NCBI RefSeq assembly: GCF_006345805.1
Contig: NC_043000.1
Span: 163,494,001-163,558,000, forward strand
Length of the DNA stretch: 64,000 nt
Source: Octopus sinensis
Taxonomy: Eukaryota
Reading direction: 5' to 3'
Below, piece after piece: positions 25,066 to 38,674 of this stretch. The notes beneath the pieces are model-generated. The model worked only from the letters and a program-made list of their open reading frames with translations. It had not been told where the DNA came from and ran no database searches. Within the stretch, counting starts at the first letter, position 1. Every line of letters begins with the position of its first letter. Made by a program: the position numbers and the translations under genes.

Positions 25066-25472
25066 TGTTTACATGTTTGTGTATAAGCTTTTTCTGCTAG
25101 AATTGAAATCTATATAGCAAAAATAGAAAACAAAATGTCAGAACATCTTCTCACGCAATTCCGAAGCAGAAACAACGGCGGACGCAGAGGCGAACAGCGA
25201 AGCTGCCGATAACAAAAGGTAGTTAAGACGTTACGAACGCTAAGCATTTAATACAGCGAAGCATTCAAGTAGCAGATAAAACGAGGAGGCTACGTCGTTG
25301 CACACATCACATAATGTTCAGCGATACAGTCGCCTTTTTGAAGATAACCATAAAAATAAAGGGACCAGTTCCATGGAAAATCTACGACAGCGGAAATTTC
25401 GCACACGTACACAGAGACACATATCAGCAGCGTATATATTTTCATAAATCTATATATATTCAAATATTTACG

Positions 25473-25505
<33 letters not shown>

Positions 25506-25632
25506 ATATATATATATATGTATGTATGTATGTATGTATATATATATACATACATATATATATATAGATAATATATATACATATATATATGTATATGTAT
25601 ATGTATATATATATATACATATATACATATAT

Positions 25633-25689
<57 letters not shown>

Positions 25690-27185
25690 GTATATATGTA
25701 TGTTTGTATATATTATGTATGTATGTGTATGTGTATTTATGTTGGTATATGTGTATGTATGCATGTATTTGTATATTTATATGCATGAAGAGAAAGAGAG
25801 AGGTATTTGCACATATATATATATATATATATATTTACACACTCACACACATATACATATATATATATATATATAAGCCATTTATGGCTTCAACGGACTG
25901 GTGCATGTTAATTTTCCTCCCCTACACACACGTGCACACGCATACACACATGCACGCGTGCACACATACATACATCACATCTATACATGAAAACATGAAA
26001 AAGTTTATCGAAGTCATGTTACGTAAATATGTTTACATACATAAGTATGACTCTATACATATATATATATATGTATATATTATTATATATAATATATATA
26101 TATATATTATATATATTGATAGATAGAGAGATATATACCTGTACAATTGTATATATGTGTGCGTGCGTGCGTGCGTGCGTGTGTATGTGTGTGTTATATC
26201 TTTTCTTCTGTTATATTATCGTATGTATGAACAACTCTGTAAATGTTAAAACTGTCGAACATACAAACATAAACATACACTTCTGTGCAAACACAAACGT
26301 GCTTGTATGTACTGTCAAGTTATCATGCAAGTTTGTGGCGTATATAGTATTCCATACTTTTGCATGAACTTACTTCTACGTGATTCTAGTTGCTTATTTG
26401 ATTTCATTGTCATCAATGCATGCTGTGAAAATCCCTAATTTTCTAAATAGTAAAGTGAAGAAGTATCAAAAATTTTATGCACTGCAGTATATTACTGGTA
26501 TGTATTTTCTACCTTCCCAAATAAATATAAAAGGGAAACTTTAAACAAAAAGAAATGTTCCATTGTTGTTTATCGAATCTGTTTGGATAGGATTTTTTAA
26601 TATTTTTTTTGCGAAATGTGTAGATGCATATTTTCTGCTTGGAGAAAAAACTGAATCTTGTTTGGAAACTGATGAGCAAGAATATTTGCCAAACATGTTT
26701 AGAGAAAACACTCCACCTCCATGTCCATTTGTTGTTGTTTTGTTGGGACTTGTGTACCTCAATAACTCTTAGAGCTGTGCCAGCAGAACGCAAGCTCTCC
26801 GACGACCTTTCGGTAGAACCCCTCATTAGAGATCGAAGAATAGCGGAAAAACTAACGAACACCTCATCGCACACAAGAATTTCTTCTATAGCCCCATGCT
26901 GACCAATGCCTTGTGATGAATAATGGTAAATTACGCACACGCGCACACACATACACAAGTGAGTGGACAGATGAAAGGAAAAGGCACTTAACACATTAGT
27001 AGTAGTTACATATATTATTATTTAAAACACTTTGAGCCGGCCCCATGCAACATAATGTTTCGCAGGCATCTTACAGAAACCTAACTCGTTCAGGCTCAGA
27101 TAACTTCCTGTATCTCTTCATTCGGTTACATAAGCCTGAACAATATAGACTTCTGTAAGCCGCACGGAGCCGAATCAAATTTTTA

Positions 27186-27282
<97 letters not shown>
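27186..27282. repeat. (TAA)n microsatellite immediately 5' of an R4/Dong fragment
   Basis: About 32 perfect TAA units. Confidence 0.95.
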
Positions 27283-27283
<1 letters not shown>

Positions 27284-28350
27284 GTCTTTTCCATAACAAC
27301 CAGCACTTAGCCGAGGTAACAATCAAGAGAGGTATCTTTCAAGGAGCCTCTGTTATTTGTTATAGCGTTGATGCCACTCTCTGTGGTCCTACGCAAAGTC
27401 AACGCGCAATATGAGCTGAGAAGAAATGGACTCTCGAAGTGCGCTGTTCTTACTTTGAAGCGAGGGGAAAAGAGTTCATTGTAGGGTCATAGAATTGCCA
27501 GACAGAAGAGAATGGAAGACCCGGATGATGTTGGGTACACGTACCTTGGGATCCTGGAGCTGGACAATATCTTGCATACAGAAATGAAAGACATGGGCAT
27601 CACTTCACATTTCAAGCGCCTTAAACGTCTTTTGAAATCAAAACTCAACTCAAGGAACCTTCTGACTGCTATCAACATATGGGCTGTTGCTGTATTCCAC
27701 TATAGTGCAACCATCCTGAAATGGACACAAGCAGACATTAACCAATTCAATCGCACTACCCAAATGACAATGACAATGTACGGTCCCTCCACCCTGAGGC
27801 GTATGTACACAGGCTCTACATGAAGAGGGGTAAATGTGGACAAAGGGCTGATCAGCGTACGGGAGTGCATTAACAGTAAAAGAAGAAATATGGCAGAATA
27901 TTTGGTAAACTGCAAAGAAGACCTGCTACAGTACGCTGCTAGTGCAGAAGGATATAACAAAAATGGACTTGAGAGTGCTTAGGAATTCCGATCAAGAGCA
28001 GCCAACGAGACAGAAGAAACCCAACTCCGCCTGAAATTATATGGTCAGTTTCACTGTGAAACCAACAAATTAAAAGACCAGGGAGCATCATGGAGGTGGC
28101 TCAACAAGGTTGACCTAGAAAAGAATACTGAAAGCCTAATTATCGCGGCCCAGGACCAGGCATTGAATACCAACTCGGTGAAAAAGAATATATACCACAC
28201 AAGTGCATCGGACCTCTGCAGAATGTGTGGGAAGAGGGTCGAAAGCATGATTCACATTGTCAGTGCTTGTGAAGGTCTTGCGCCGAAAGAGTACAAGCGT
28301 AGACACGACAAAGTAGCCCAAAACATCCACTGGCTACTATGCCGTAAGTC
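27283..28350 (+). mobile_element. R4/Dong-clade non-LTR retrotransposon fragment (RT C-half, thumb and CCHC zinc knuckle), decayed
   Basis: Translates HLAEVTIKRGIFQG..PLLFVIALMPLS; GYTYLGILELDNILHTEMK..LLKSKLNSRNLLTAINIWAVAVFHYSATILKWT; and IIAAQDQALNTNSVKKNIYHTSASDLCRMCGKRVESMIHIVSACEGLAPKEYKRRHDKVAQNIHWLLC. It has frameshifts and deletions. Confidence 0.85.
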
Positions 28351-28359
28351 TTTATATAT

Positions 28360-28407
<48 letters not shown>

Positions 28408-29996
28408 GTATGCATGTATATATATATACATGCATATATATACATATATACATACATGCATATATACATACACCCTCACATACTTGATTTCTACGAACGA
28501 GGTGAGAGAACACAACGCGTAGAGTTTTTTCTTGTTGAGTATACATCTGGAGTCATCAGATTTGAAAATCTACAATTCGCGCGCGCGTGTGTGTGAACGC
28601 ACACTCTTATACGTATATGATTTTGTGTGCAGATGTCTGGTGGATTCTCTGTGTCATATCTAATGTCTGCTCTACACGTTTATGTCATTCAACGTGGGTG
28701 TGCGTACGAATGCGAAAGATTTTGGGTGTATTCCTATTCCTGTTGAAGTTATTCACTTTTGGTACCATGAGACGTGGAAGTAACAACAGTAATAACAATG
28801 CAATTTAAGTCTATATATATCCTTGGTTCTTTTGCCTATTTCTATTGTTATTTTACGAGAAAAAAATGCAGCAAAAACATTGGAATGTATTATGGGAAGA
28901 CATTAAAAGATTGAAAAGTCCTCGTGGTGTCAATGAGTGCTGTTATTTCGGTAGTGTTTGAAATAGAGTTGGTGTAGAAGGTGATAGTGTTAGGTGCGAG
29001 TTTGTTGGTAGTGTTAATGTTGTTATTAGATCTGGGTCAGCCCACTCTAGCTGACCTATAATCGAGGCTTTTCATCGATAATCTTCTCGTCTTTCCTTCA
29101 GGATTACATTATCCAACAGTTATATTATCGGGAAAGCAGCAGAGTATGATTCGAGGCAGATTTAGCTGCTATTTCTAGCAGAGTCACGAAATCAAGAAAT
29201 GACCCCCATTATTAACGCGTTTGTGGTATTCATGCGTTCGCGATGTAGGAGTTAATACCTGAGGCCGTACTATATATCCTGTTGGTAGCCATATTGTTGA
29301 TGGTGTTATTGACGCTGTTTACGTTCGATGGCGACTCTACAGTTGCCTACAATCACTCTATGGCCAGAGTATTAAAACTAAATACTAATTTTACTTTTAA
29401 TAACATCAAACATTATCCAGAAGTTTTATTGATATTTTGTAAGTTCTCCTTTAGGTAATATAACGATTTCCACCCGATTATGTATGGATTTGATTAAATT
29501 ATTGAAAACAGACTGATTCCTATTTATCGACAGTACGGTCAATTCCTTCAGCTCTGCAACTGATGTAATTATGGATCATTTTGCTCACAACATTCTATCT
29601 TTATGTTTCAATACGTATCCTATTGTATTAAAGTCGGGGCATTGAGTAACCCATTCCATGTGTTCCTTTTAGGTTTGAGCTATCTAGCTTGTACTTCACG
29701 GTACTCCTTCTTGAGTAATGGCTGGGTAATCGACCCTTAAAAAAGATCTCTGATCTTCCTGTCACCCACACTGCTTCATCTTACATCATAATCTCAACGA
29801 AGATATTCAATCTGTCAGCGGAACTGTGCAAATATTTAAGACTTTTCTCGCGTTTAAAATGTGAATTTGCTTTCGTTATTAACATATCAACGATGGAGCT
29901 TTGTATCTTTGTTAGAAACCAACTCCTTGAAGAGTTTGAGTCATTGGGAATAGGAGCGAACATATACATACATGCGATGAATATTTGTCAATACAA

Positions 29997-30212
29997 AGGC
30001 AGTGAGCTGGCAGAAATGTTAGCACGCCGGACGAAAAGCTTAGCGGTATTTCGTCTGTCTTTGCGTTCTGAGTTCAAATTCCGCTGAAGTCGACTTTGCC
30101 TTTCATCCTTTAGGGGTCATTAAATTAAGTACCAGTTGCGTACTGGAGTCGATCTAATCGACTGGCCCCCTCCCCCAAAAGTTTCGGGCCTTGTGCCTAG
30201 AGTAGAAAAGAA
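29997..30212 (+). mobile_element. SINE family A, full length
   Basis: Near-identical to 32558-32790 over head and body. Confidence 0.9.
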
Positions 30213-30291
30213 TATATGTCAATACCAGAAGGTGGTCATACCCCTTTGTTACCAGATTCCAGTCTGACTTTCTTTTCTCATATCTTTTTAT

Positions 30292-30617
30292 GTTTTACTT
30301 GTTTCAGTCAGACTGCGGTCATACTGGGGCACCACCTTGATGAACTTTAAGTGGGTCTTTATCGCCTGGTCTCTATTGCCGAACCACTAAATTACGGGGA
30401 GATAAACAACACAACACCGGCCGTCAAGTATATGTATATGTATATATATATATATACGACATGCTTCTTTCGGTTTCCGTCTACCGAATCCACCCACAAG
30501 GCTTTGGTTGGCTCGAGGCTATAGTAGAAGACATTTACCCAAGGTGCCATGCTGTGGGACTCATCCTGAAACCATTTGGGTGGTAAGCAAACTTCTTACC
30601 ACACAAGCATGCCTGCG
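30292..30617 (-). mobile_element. SINE family B
   Basis: Reverse complement of the family B blocks (ccgtctacc.aatccac.cacaaggctttgg..; cttaccacaca.gc). Confidence 0.8.
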
Positions 30618-31131
30618 CTTTTATTTGATTTTAAATATATCTATCAATATACACCTGACTAACTGTCTTTACATCTTAACATTAGCTTCAATATTTGATT
30701 ATCAATGTATTCATTTCATTTGATCCTGTTACTAGACGCAGCCATGCTTACAGCGTCGCCTTCAATGTGTGTACTAAAACAAATGGCCACCGATATTTAA
30801 GTACATATTTTTAAAAGTGTGGTATCGTCCTCTTTTGCCAGACCGTTATTTTTTCGGGGACGAAGCAAACCGCACTCTGTAGTCAGCGTTGAGAGGTAGG
30901 CGGAAAGAGGCACGACCACACCCGCACGCGTACACACGCTCACACACACGCAATCACAAACATGGCGGGCTTCTAAATTGTTTCTGTCAATCACAATCAC
31001 ACAATAGCTCACAAGTCATTGGATGTCTCAGTATATGAATATACTCTGGGATATAAACATATATGTGTGTGTGTGTGTGTATGCATATGTGTACGTTTGT
31101 GTGTGTGTGAGTATAAACTCACACACACGTA

Positions 31132-31171
<40 letters not shown>

Positions 31172-31753
31172 ATATATATAGGTGTTTATATATATATATA
31201 TATGTATATATATGTGTGTGTTTATATATATATATATTATAATATAATACTCACACACATACGCTTACAAAAATACGCACGCACACATACACACATACTT
31301 TTGTGTGTGTAGCGCACTTTCACCGTAGACTCTAATGTATGTGTCTTTAAGTGCTTCTTTTAAATTGTCTGAGAAGAAAGGGCTTCTCCCCCTATTTACA
31401 ACGGCTGACTCGGAATTCACTGGGGACTGGGTGTGCTTTATTATTGTTTGCGTTATAGCCTAGTTTTAAGTTTGTTTAAATATTTTACCTCTTGCTTTGT
31501 TTTATGGGATATCAGCTTCTGTATATAATTGCATACACGCATGTGTGTTAATGTGTGTGTATGTGTTTGTGTATATGTGTGTTGGTATGCGTATGTATAC
31601 GTACATACATACGTACATTCATACATACATTCATAGATACATACAAACATACATATATATACATACATATATACATATATACGTACATACGTACATACAT
31701 ACATACATACATACATACATACATACATACATACATACATACATACATACATA

Positions 31754-32821
31754 CAGGCTGTTCGAGCTAAATTTGGCGATTTCTTCCGTCTCCATTTTTC
31801 AAGAACAGTAGCTTGATGTATCGGTGAACAGCCAGCGGCGTTGGAGAGCATTAAGATTAAAGTTTACTTGAGCAAACGTTAGATGTCAACGTTGGGAAAG
31901 ATTTATCTTTATGATGATTATTCGCGCCGGGTATCAAAACGCCGACATCATGACTACTGTTCAATGCCCTGGGAACACTGTAAGGATGTGACGTAATCAG
32001 CTGCACAGTAGGCGTTCTAATTGCGCCCACCCACCGGAATTCATCTCCACATCCTGAACAGGGTCTTAAGCTGAATTTAGACGGCTATGTGAAGCTTCAT
32101 GAGACAATAGTCAAACTCTGCCTGGAGAAGATTGCTGCTAGAAGGCCACATGGGTGCGAGTGGGGTTCAGCCCATAGGCAGACCCCCGAAAGAATCGGAA
32201 GTAGTTGTCGGAGAATTTCCACAATTTCAGTAGCCCCCATTTCTGGCCTATAAATTCCCTTGTTTGTAACCTCATGAATTACTATGTGTGGGGTGCGGTT
32301 GAGAAAGACACCAACCTCTCTGCCTGCAACGCCACGGCCGAGCTGGTGGCTAAGATCAAGGAGATGTTCAAAATCTCCCCAGGGATATAATGAGGAACAC
32401 ATGTACAAGGTTGCGGAGCCTTCTTGAAGCCGTAGTGGAAGCTGAGGGCAACTACTCTGAGGAAACTGTCATCTCCCAGCCACAATCTAGTTAATACTCC
32501 TTCATCTTTTGGATGAGATGTTGTGTGTACTTTTCCTTTTACACAAACTGTCAAACTAGGGCGGCGAGCTGGCAGAGTGGTTAGCACACCGGGCGAAATG
32601 CGTGGCCGTATTTCGTCTGCCGTTATGTTCTGAGTTCAAATTCCGCCGAGGTCGACTTTGCCTTTCATCCTTTCGGGGTCGATAAATTAAGTACCAGTTA
32701 CGCACTGGAGTCGATATAATCGACCTAATCCGTTTGTCTGTCCTTGTTTGTCCCCTCTGTGTTTGTCCCCTTGTGGGCAATAAAGAAATAACAAACTGTC
32801 AAATTTAGCCCGAACACCATG
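31754..32821 (+). mobile_element. Tc1/mariner-superfamily (maT/DD37D-like) transposon, internally deleted
   Basis: Left TIR (TA)CAGGCTGTTCGAGCTAAATTTG at 31754 and right TIR CAAATTTAGCCCGAACACCATG ending at 32821. Transposase remnants: AGYQNADIMTTVQC, LNLDGYVKL.ETIVK, and SENFHNFSSPHFWPINSLVCNLMNYYVWGAVEKDTNLSACNATAELVAKIKEMF. Confidence 0.8.
32558..32790 (+). mobile_element. SINE family A inserted into the mariner element, with 13-bp TSD
   Basis: TSD ACAAACTGTCAAA at 32543-32555 and 32791-32803. Confidence 0.9.
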
Positions 32822-33231
32822 AACATACACAAACAAGCTGGTTGTTTCCTCGTTCTCAGCCATCACCCAAAGCAATTCAGAGTCGGCCTCGTGTTGCACA
32901 GCATTGGCGTGACATTTCAGGCCGCCGGCAAATGACCTACGCTGTTTGGCATAGATGTTACATACATACATTCAAACATACATACATGCATGCATGCATA
33001 CATACGTACATACATACATACATACATACATACATACATACATACATACATACATACATACATACATTATATATACATTATATACACACAAATACAATTA
33101 CTAATTTACTACAAACTGAAAATAATGTACACAATATTTCCACTATAGTTCATTCGTCATTTTGAGTTACCTACTCACACAAGCACGCGCATTCACACGC
33201 ACAGATGTATGGATAAATACAGCAACGCAAG

Positions 33232-33305
<74 letters not shown>

Positions 33306-33911
33306 TTTCTTTTTATTTCAATCACTGGACTGCAGGCATGCTTAGAACATCGCCTTCAAAGGTTTTGTCAATCAAGTTCACCCCAGCAGTTATTTACTTT
33401 CAAGTCTGACGCTCACTCTAACGGCTTCTCTTAGCGAACCCCTTGGTTACCGGTCTACTCTTTCCAACATGTCTATTTACAGTAGTCTCATTTGGTGGCT
33501 TGTTTATTGAATATGACGTTTGGTTAGGTGCTAGACAGAGATATATACAGACAGAAAACAAATAGTGAGACTGTCATTGGAGAATAAATAAATCTTTAGA
33601 GACAAAATATTGATGTGACGGCAAGCTTTACACTGTTGTTTCTGCGGGATGCTTCAACTCGGTCACATTTCTAAATCGCTCTTACCACTTTTACGGTTGA
33701 TTTAGTAACTAAATACCACACCTGAGAATGTTTTAATTCTGGGTTATATAAAGAAACACACACACACACACACACGCACACCCACACCCACACACACTCA
33801 CACATATATGAGCACAGGTTCATGGGTGCATATTCATACACACAAACACGTTTTTCCTCACAATAACGCATATCGATATATATGCGTGTGCATGTATACT
33901 TTCATACACAC

Positions 33912-33955
<44 letters not shown>

Positions 33956-34073
33956 ACAAACATAAATACATACATATATACACATGCAAAAGGTGATATA
34001 AATAAGCATATATATTCGAATGCCAGAAGTTACCGTTTGTAGTTGCAAACAGCGTGCAAACCCGTGTGTGTGT

Positions 34074-34123
<50 letters not shown>

Positions 34124-34439
34124 CGTGTGTTTGTTTATTTGTGCCTCATCACTTTAGAAGCTGCAATGTTTTGTTTACGTCCTGGTAACTTAGTATTTCG
34201 TCGAATGGAATTGGTACTGTGATCGATTTCATTGATTAAAATACCCCCCACCCCCACATGGCCGAGGTCCAGTGCCCTCAAAAAAGGAAAACAGGAGTGC
34301 ATGTCTATGCACGGGCACAGCTATAACCTCACACGGGGGATATCTTGGGTTCTGACTGCACCAAAGCTGAATGAGATGCAAATCGATCAAAATCAAAGCA
34401 CCCTAGCACACTCTGACAGAGCAGAGAAATAGGTCTTTC

Positions 34440-34640
34440 CTAATATAGAGCAAAAGGAATTTTAGTAGAGAAGGGTAATCGATTTCATCGACGCCAATGC
34501 TTGATTAGTTCTTTGATCTCGAAAGAAAGGGTGGAAAGTAAAGTCGACGACGGCGTTATTTGAACTTGGAACGTATAGCCAGAAGAAAAGTCGCTAAGCA
34601 TTTTAGCCGGGAGTGATGGCGATTCTAACAGATCTCCGCC
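34440..34640 (-). mobile_element. SINE family A, degenerate
   Basis: aaagtcgac..cggcg..atttgaact..; gctaagcatt; reverse-complement head. Confidence 0.65.
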
Positions 34641-35019
34641 TGGAGTAGATACACATTAAGTAGAATGGTCTATGTTGACCATATTGTACTTTCTTTTCAA
34701 CCATATTCCATCGAGTGCTATGAGATTCAATGTACTCTAGATGTTGTTCTCTGGCTGAAGAGAGTATGAGGTTATTTTATAAAGATTTGGTTCCTATTTC
34801 CTAAGAGTAATCTCGGCAGATTGTCTAGCGAATATGTTAATAAGTTCGTTGGGTAGAAGAACAAATAAGTTCAAAGATCGTTGTTGAGACAATCTGTACG
34901 TTTTCTTTAAATGCTTCCTTTGTAAGAGACAACGAAATAAACACGTGACGTATGGTTTGCTTCGATTAAAGAGATGACGCAATAAATAATTACATGAGGC
35001 TTAAGAAGCAATGTGTGTG

Positions 35020-35208
35020 ACCTCGTGTGTACCGTTAGCGATTTTTTTTCTCTGTCTTCCCTTCTCTGGATGTTTCCTTCTCCTATGTTTCCGACGAAGA
35101 GCTCCGTTCGAAACGTTAAACGTTTCTTCCCTTCTTTCCTGAGCGTCCAATAATACTATATTTGTTCCACGTTGTGGTGTTTGTTTGTTTTTCTTGTTTG
35201 GATTACTA
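35020..35208 (+). mobile_element. Penelope-like terminal-repeat short repeat, copy 2
   Basis: Near-identical to 92-260; ends in (TACA)/(TA)n. Confidence 0.6.
35085..35123 (+). ncRNA. Minimal type I hammerhead ribozyme fold (dimer-type), fully paired stems I and II
   Basis: AUGUUU-CCGACGA-A-GAGC(UCC)GUUC-GAAA-CG-UU-AAACGU. Stem I has 6 bp with one G.U, stem II has 4 bp with one G.U, stem III is the palindrome ACGU, and the predicted cut is after 35117. Confidence 0.6.
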
Positions 35209-35288
<80 letters not shown>

Positions 35289-35863
35289 GGGAACAGCTGT
35301 TGTTTCATGATATATTGAAAACACTGTTATATTCAGATTTAACTTTTCTTATTAAGCTATCTTTTAATCTGCGTATCAGATATAGTTCCACTGGAACAAT
35401 AACGTTCTTAAATCCATTATCAATGTTTCCAGGTTATTTCACCCTTATGTATTTATATAGAATGTGGAATGGTAAGAACTCCTGAACGTCTCTTACTATA
35501 GTGGACAGCTAATGAATAAACAGACTATAAGCAGACAATTCTGATTATGCTCACTTCACAGCTAGAATTTGGCCATCACAGTAATAAAGTTCTACGCCAT
35601 CACGGTACCTTGATCGTTAGAATGCCATGCTGGTGGATTGTTTTTAGGGCCGGTAGTTTTGCACGCCAACGGTAATGTGTTTACCTTCGTGGTGGCGTGC
35701 GTACGGTGTATAATAAGTTCAGCCTCGTGTTGCAATCTGAGCATTGCTTCTACAACCAGTCGTCGATCTTCGTGACGATATCAATAAAGTGTGAGTATTA
35801 ATATTTTTTCTATGTAACTTTGCTGTGATGTACCACGTTACAGTTGCTTCTTTTTGTAAAAGC

Positions 35864-35925
35864 ATATTGAGCCTACGAGAGAGTCCTGTACATAATATTG
35901 AGCCTACGAGAGAGTCCTGTACATA
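35864..35925. repeat. Perfect 31-bp tandem duplication
   Basis: atattgagcctacgagagagtcctgtacata twice. Confidence 0.9.
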
Positions 35926-36175
35926 TCTGACGCATTTCACGGTTAGAATCGTAAAGTTTGTAGCTTTCACTTTTACACTCATCTCTATAAATGACATCAG
36001 TCTGAGTTTATTTGTTGATGAATAGGTTTTGATATCTTTTTGATGAGAATGAATTCAGGAGCTGCATTGTTTTAGATGGAAAAGATGTGTGTATATACTC
36101 ATACTGAAATAGAAAAAAACACGTTAAGAAAGATTAAAGAATGTGTGAGTCTGAGTGTGTGTGTGTGTGTGTGTA

Positions 36176-36329
36176 GGCGTGGTTAGAATCTAGCTTCCCA
36201 ATCCCAACCACACGGTTCTGGGTTCCGTTCCACAGCGTGGCACCTTGGGCAAGTGTCTGCTACTATAGCCTCGGCCTGACCAAAGCTTTGTGAGTCTATT
36301 CGATAGACGGAAACTGAAAGAAGCCCGCC

Positions 36330-36332
<3 letters not shown>
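36176..36332 (-). mobile_element. SINE family B, 5' half
   Basis: ggttccgttccacagcgtggcaccttgggcaagtgtc..gacggaaactgaaagaagccc reads in the + direction like 16210-16320; the head is scrambled, so the strand call is uncertain and may be +. Confidence 0.45.
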
Positions 36333-36384
<52 letters not shown>

Positions 36385-36494
36385 TATATATATATATATG
36401 TGTATATGTATGTGTGGTGTGTGTGTGTGTGTGTAGAAGGAGGTGATCCACCACCACTCGACAACTGGTGTTGTGTTTACGTTCTAAGGTCGAT

Positions 36495-36695
36495 TTTCTA
36501 CTATAGGCACAAGGCCTGAAATTTGGGGGAGGGTCTAGTCGATTACATCGATCTCAGAGTTTTACTGGTACTTAATTAATTGATCTCGTAAAGATGGAAG
36601 GCAAAGTCACCCTCGGCAGAATTTCATATAGAGACTGACGAATTGCCGGTACGCATTTTGCCAGGCGTGCTAACAACTCTGCCTGTTCGCCGCCG
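36495..36695 (-). mobile_element. SINE family A
   Basis: ggcacaaggcctgaaattt..gtcgattacatcga..cggcagaattt..ttcgccgcc is the reverse complement of family A. Confidence 0.8.
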
Positions 36696-37334
36696 ATAGG
36701 TCTTCTGTTTTATTATTGCTATGAGGTCCACCAAATACCATAATTACTGCCTCCATCAGCAGGAAAGCGCTGTGCATAGCAATGTTCTTAAGAAAATAAG
36801 ATGTGCAACAACTTGGTTTGTGATTCAATACCACTAGGTATCGAATAAAAAGAATATCCAGAATGGAATTTGATTGACTGAATCAGTACGGACGCCCATA
36901 ATATATATGTACGTATGTATAAAGTAATGCACACACGCGCTCCCCCCTACTCCCCCCCACACGAACATGCACGTATGTGTCAGTGAATGATATAAGCATC
37001 GGTAAAAATAAAACGGCACTTTAAGGACGAAATCCCTTGGTATATTAGTTATGCACCGAGTCGCAGAGACACTGTTTTTACTCACATCTTTATAAACAGA
37101 CTCAACCGCTGATTTGCGTATTACACACCACCATCACTAGCGATATTATCATTCCTTATTCACGTCAATCAACGTCAACGTGAGTAATTCTACCTGCACA
37201 TTAACTGGCAACCACTATACTACTACCGCCACAACGACTACCACCACTGCAACTACCAACACCACCACAACCATCAACACTACTGCTACTACTATTACCA
37301 CTACCACAACCACCACTGCTACTAGTGAACATTG

Positions 37335-37500
37335 ATTTCAAATATTGGCACAACAGTAAGAATTTCAGGGGAGGAGCGAGTTGATTATATAAACCTCAGT
37401 GCTCAACTAGTACTTATTTTATTGACCCTGGAAGGATGAAAAGCAATGTCGACCTCGGCGGAATTTGAACTCAGAACGTAAAGACGTACGAAATGCTGAT
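37335..37500 (-). mobile_element. SINE family A, partial
   Basis: gtcgacctcggcggaatttgaactcagaacgtaa is the reverse complement of the family A B-box region. Confidence 0.8.
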
Positions 37501-37834
37501 ACACCTACCTACCACTACACTTCTCTTCTTCACTGCAAAATGTCACAGTTCCAATAAGAACGGCAACAAGTAGTCAATAAATAATTGTCTGGGTACCAAT
37601 GGAGAATCTTCATTGTTAGACCTGTTGGAAATAATACCCGACAGACAGAAAATGTGGAGAACATGTAGGATAGAATACTCCAAGATGGAGAATGTATGAC
37701 TGAAAACGAAAACAAAAAAATAATAATAACAAAGAAAAGAAAAAGAGACTTGTCTGGAACGCTTTTGATGATAGGCCTGATCAAACAGGTCTAAGGTGTG
37801 ATTACTGCAGTAGTAGCAGCATCAGCAGCAGTAG

Positions 37835-37860
37835 TATTAGTATTATTATTATTATTATTA

Positions 37861-37937
<77 letters not shown>

Positions 37938-38537
37938 TAGTTTTATTTTTATTTTTATAGCGTGCTTTCACCTTCACTACCGAGCGCAGCTCTGTGTGCC
38001 TTGGGTATGTGCTGTGATTTGTTGTGATGCTTGATGGTTATTGTATGGAAAGTGCTCTGCGTAGGATGTGTGCAGTGCCTAGTAGTGCAATTTTCTGTAT
38101 GATATATGTGTTTGTAAGTCCTGGTGTTTTTGTTATGTATTTGTCTGAATATTTTTTATATCATGCCTAATGCACCTACTATGATAAGAATTTTTCTGTT
38201 TTTAGATTCCACATTCTGGTTACCTCCATTTCCAGATCTTGTATTTTGAAAGTTTCTCCATTTCTTTTAGAGACACGTTGTCATCTGCCGGTATTGATAC
38301 ATCAATTAGAAATCATTTTTTTTTCTTCATGATCTCTGACAACTATATCTGGTCTGTTGGCCTTAATTTCTCTATCTGTGTGTATCGGCATATCCAGAGT
38401 ATGGTTGCTTTCTCGTTTTCTGTGACCTTTTCTGGTGTGTGCCTATACCATCTTTTTTCTGTTGTTATTCCATAATGTTGGCATAGCTTCCAGTGTATGT
38501 AGGTTCCAACTCTGTCATGTCTGTGAATATATTCCTT
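37835..38537 (-). mobile_element. R4/Dong-clade LINE 3' end: restriction-like endonuclease domain, 3' UTR and (TAA)n tail
   Basis: Minus-strand translation from ~38537: KEYIHRHDRVGTYIHWKLCQHYGITTEKRWYRHTPEKVTENEKATILW..EIKANRPDIVVRDHEEKK..FLIDVSIPADDNVSLKEMEKLSKY..LLGTAHILRRALSIQ*, with the stop at 38038-38040. A ~100-nt UTR and (TAA)n at 37835-37935 follow. Confidence 0.9.
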
Positions 38538-38627
38538 CTTCTTTTCTTCTTCTTCTCTTCTTTCTCTTCTTCTTCTTCTTCTTCTTCTTCTTCTTCTTCT
38601 TCTTCTCTTCTTCTTTTCTTCGTCTTC

Positions 38628-38674
<47 letters not shown>

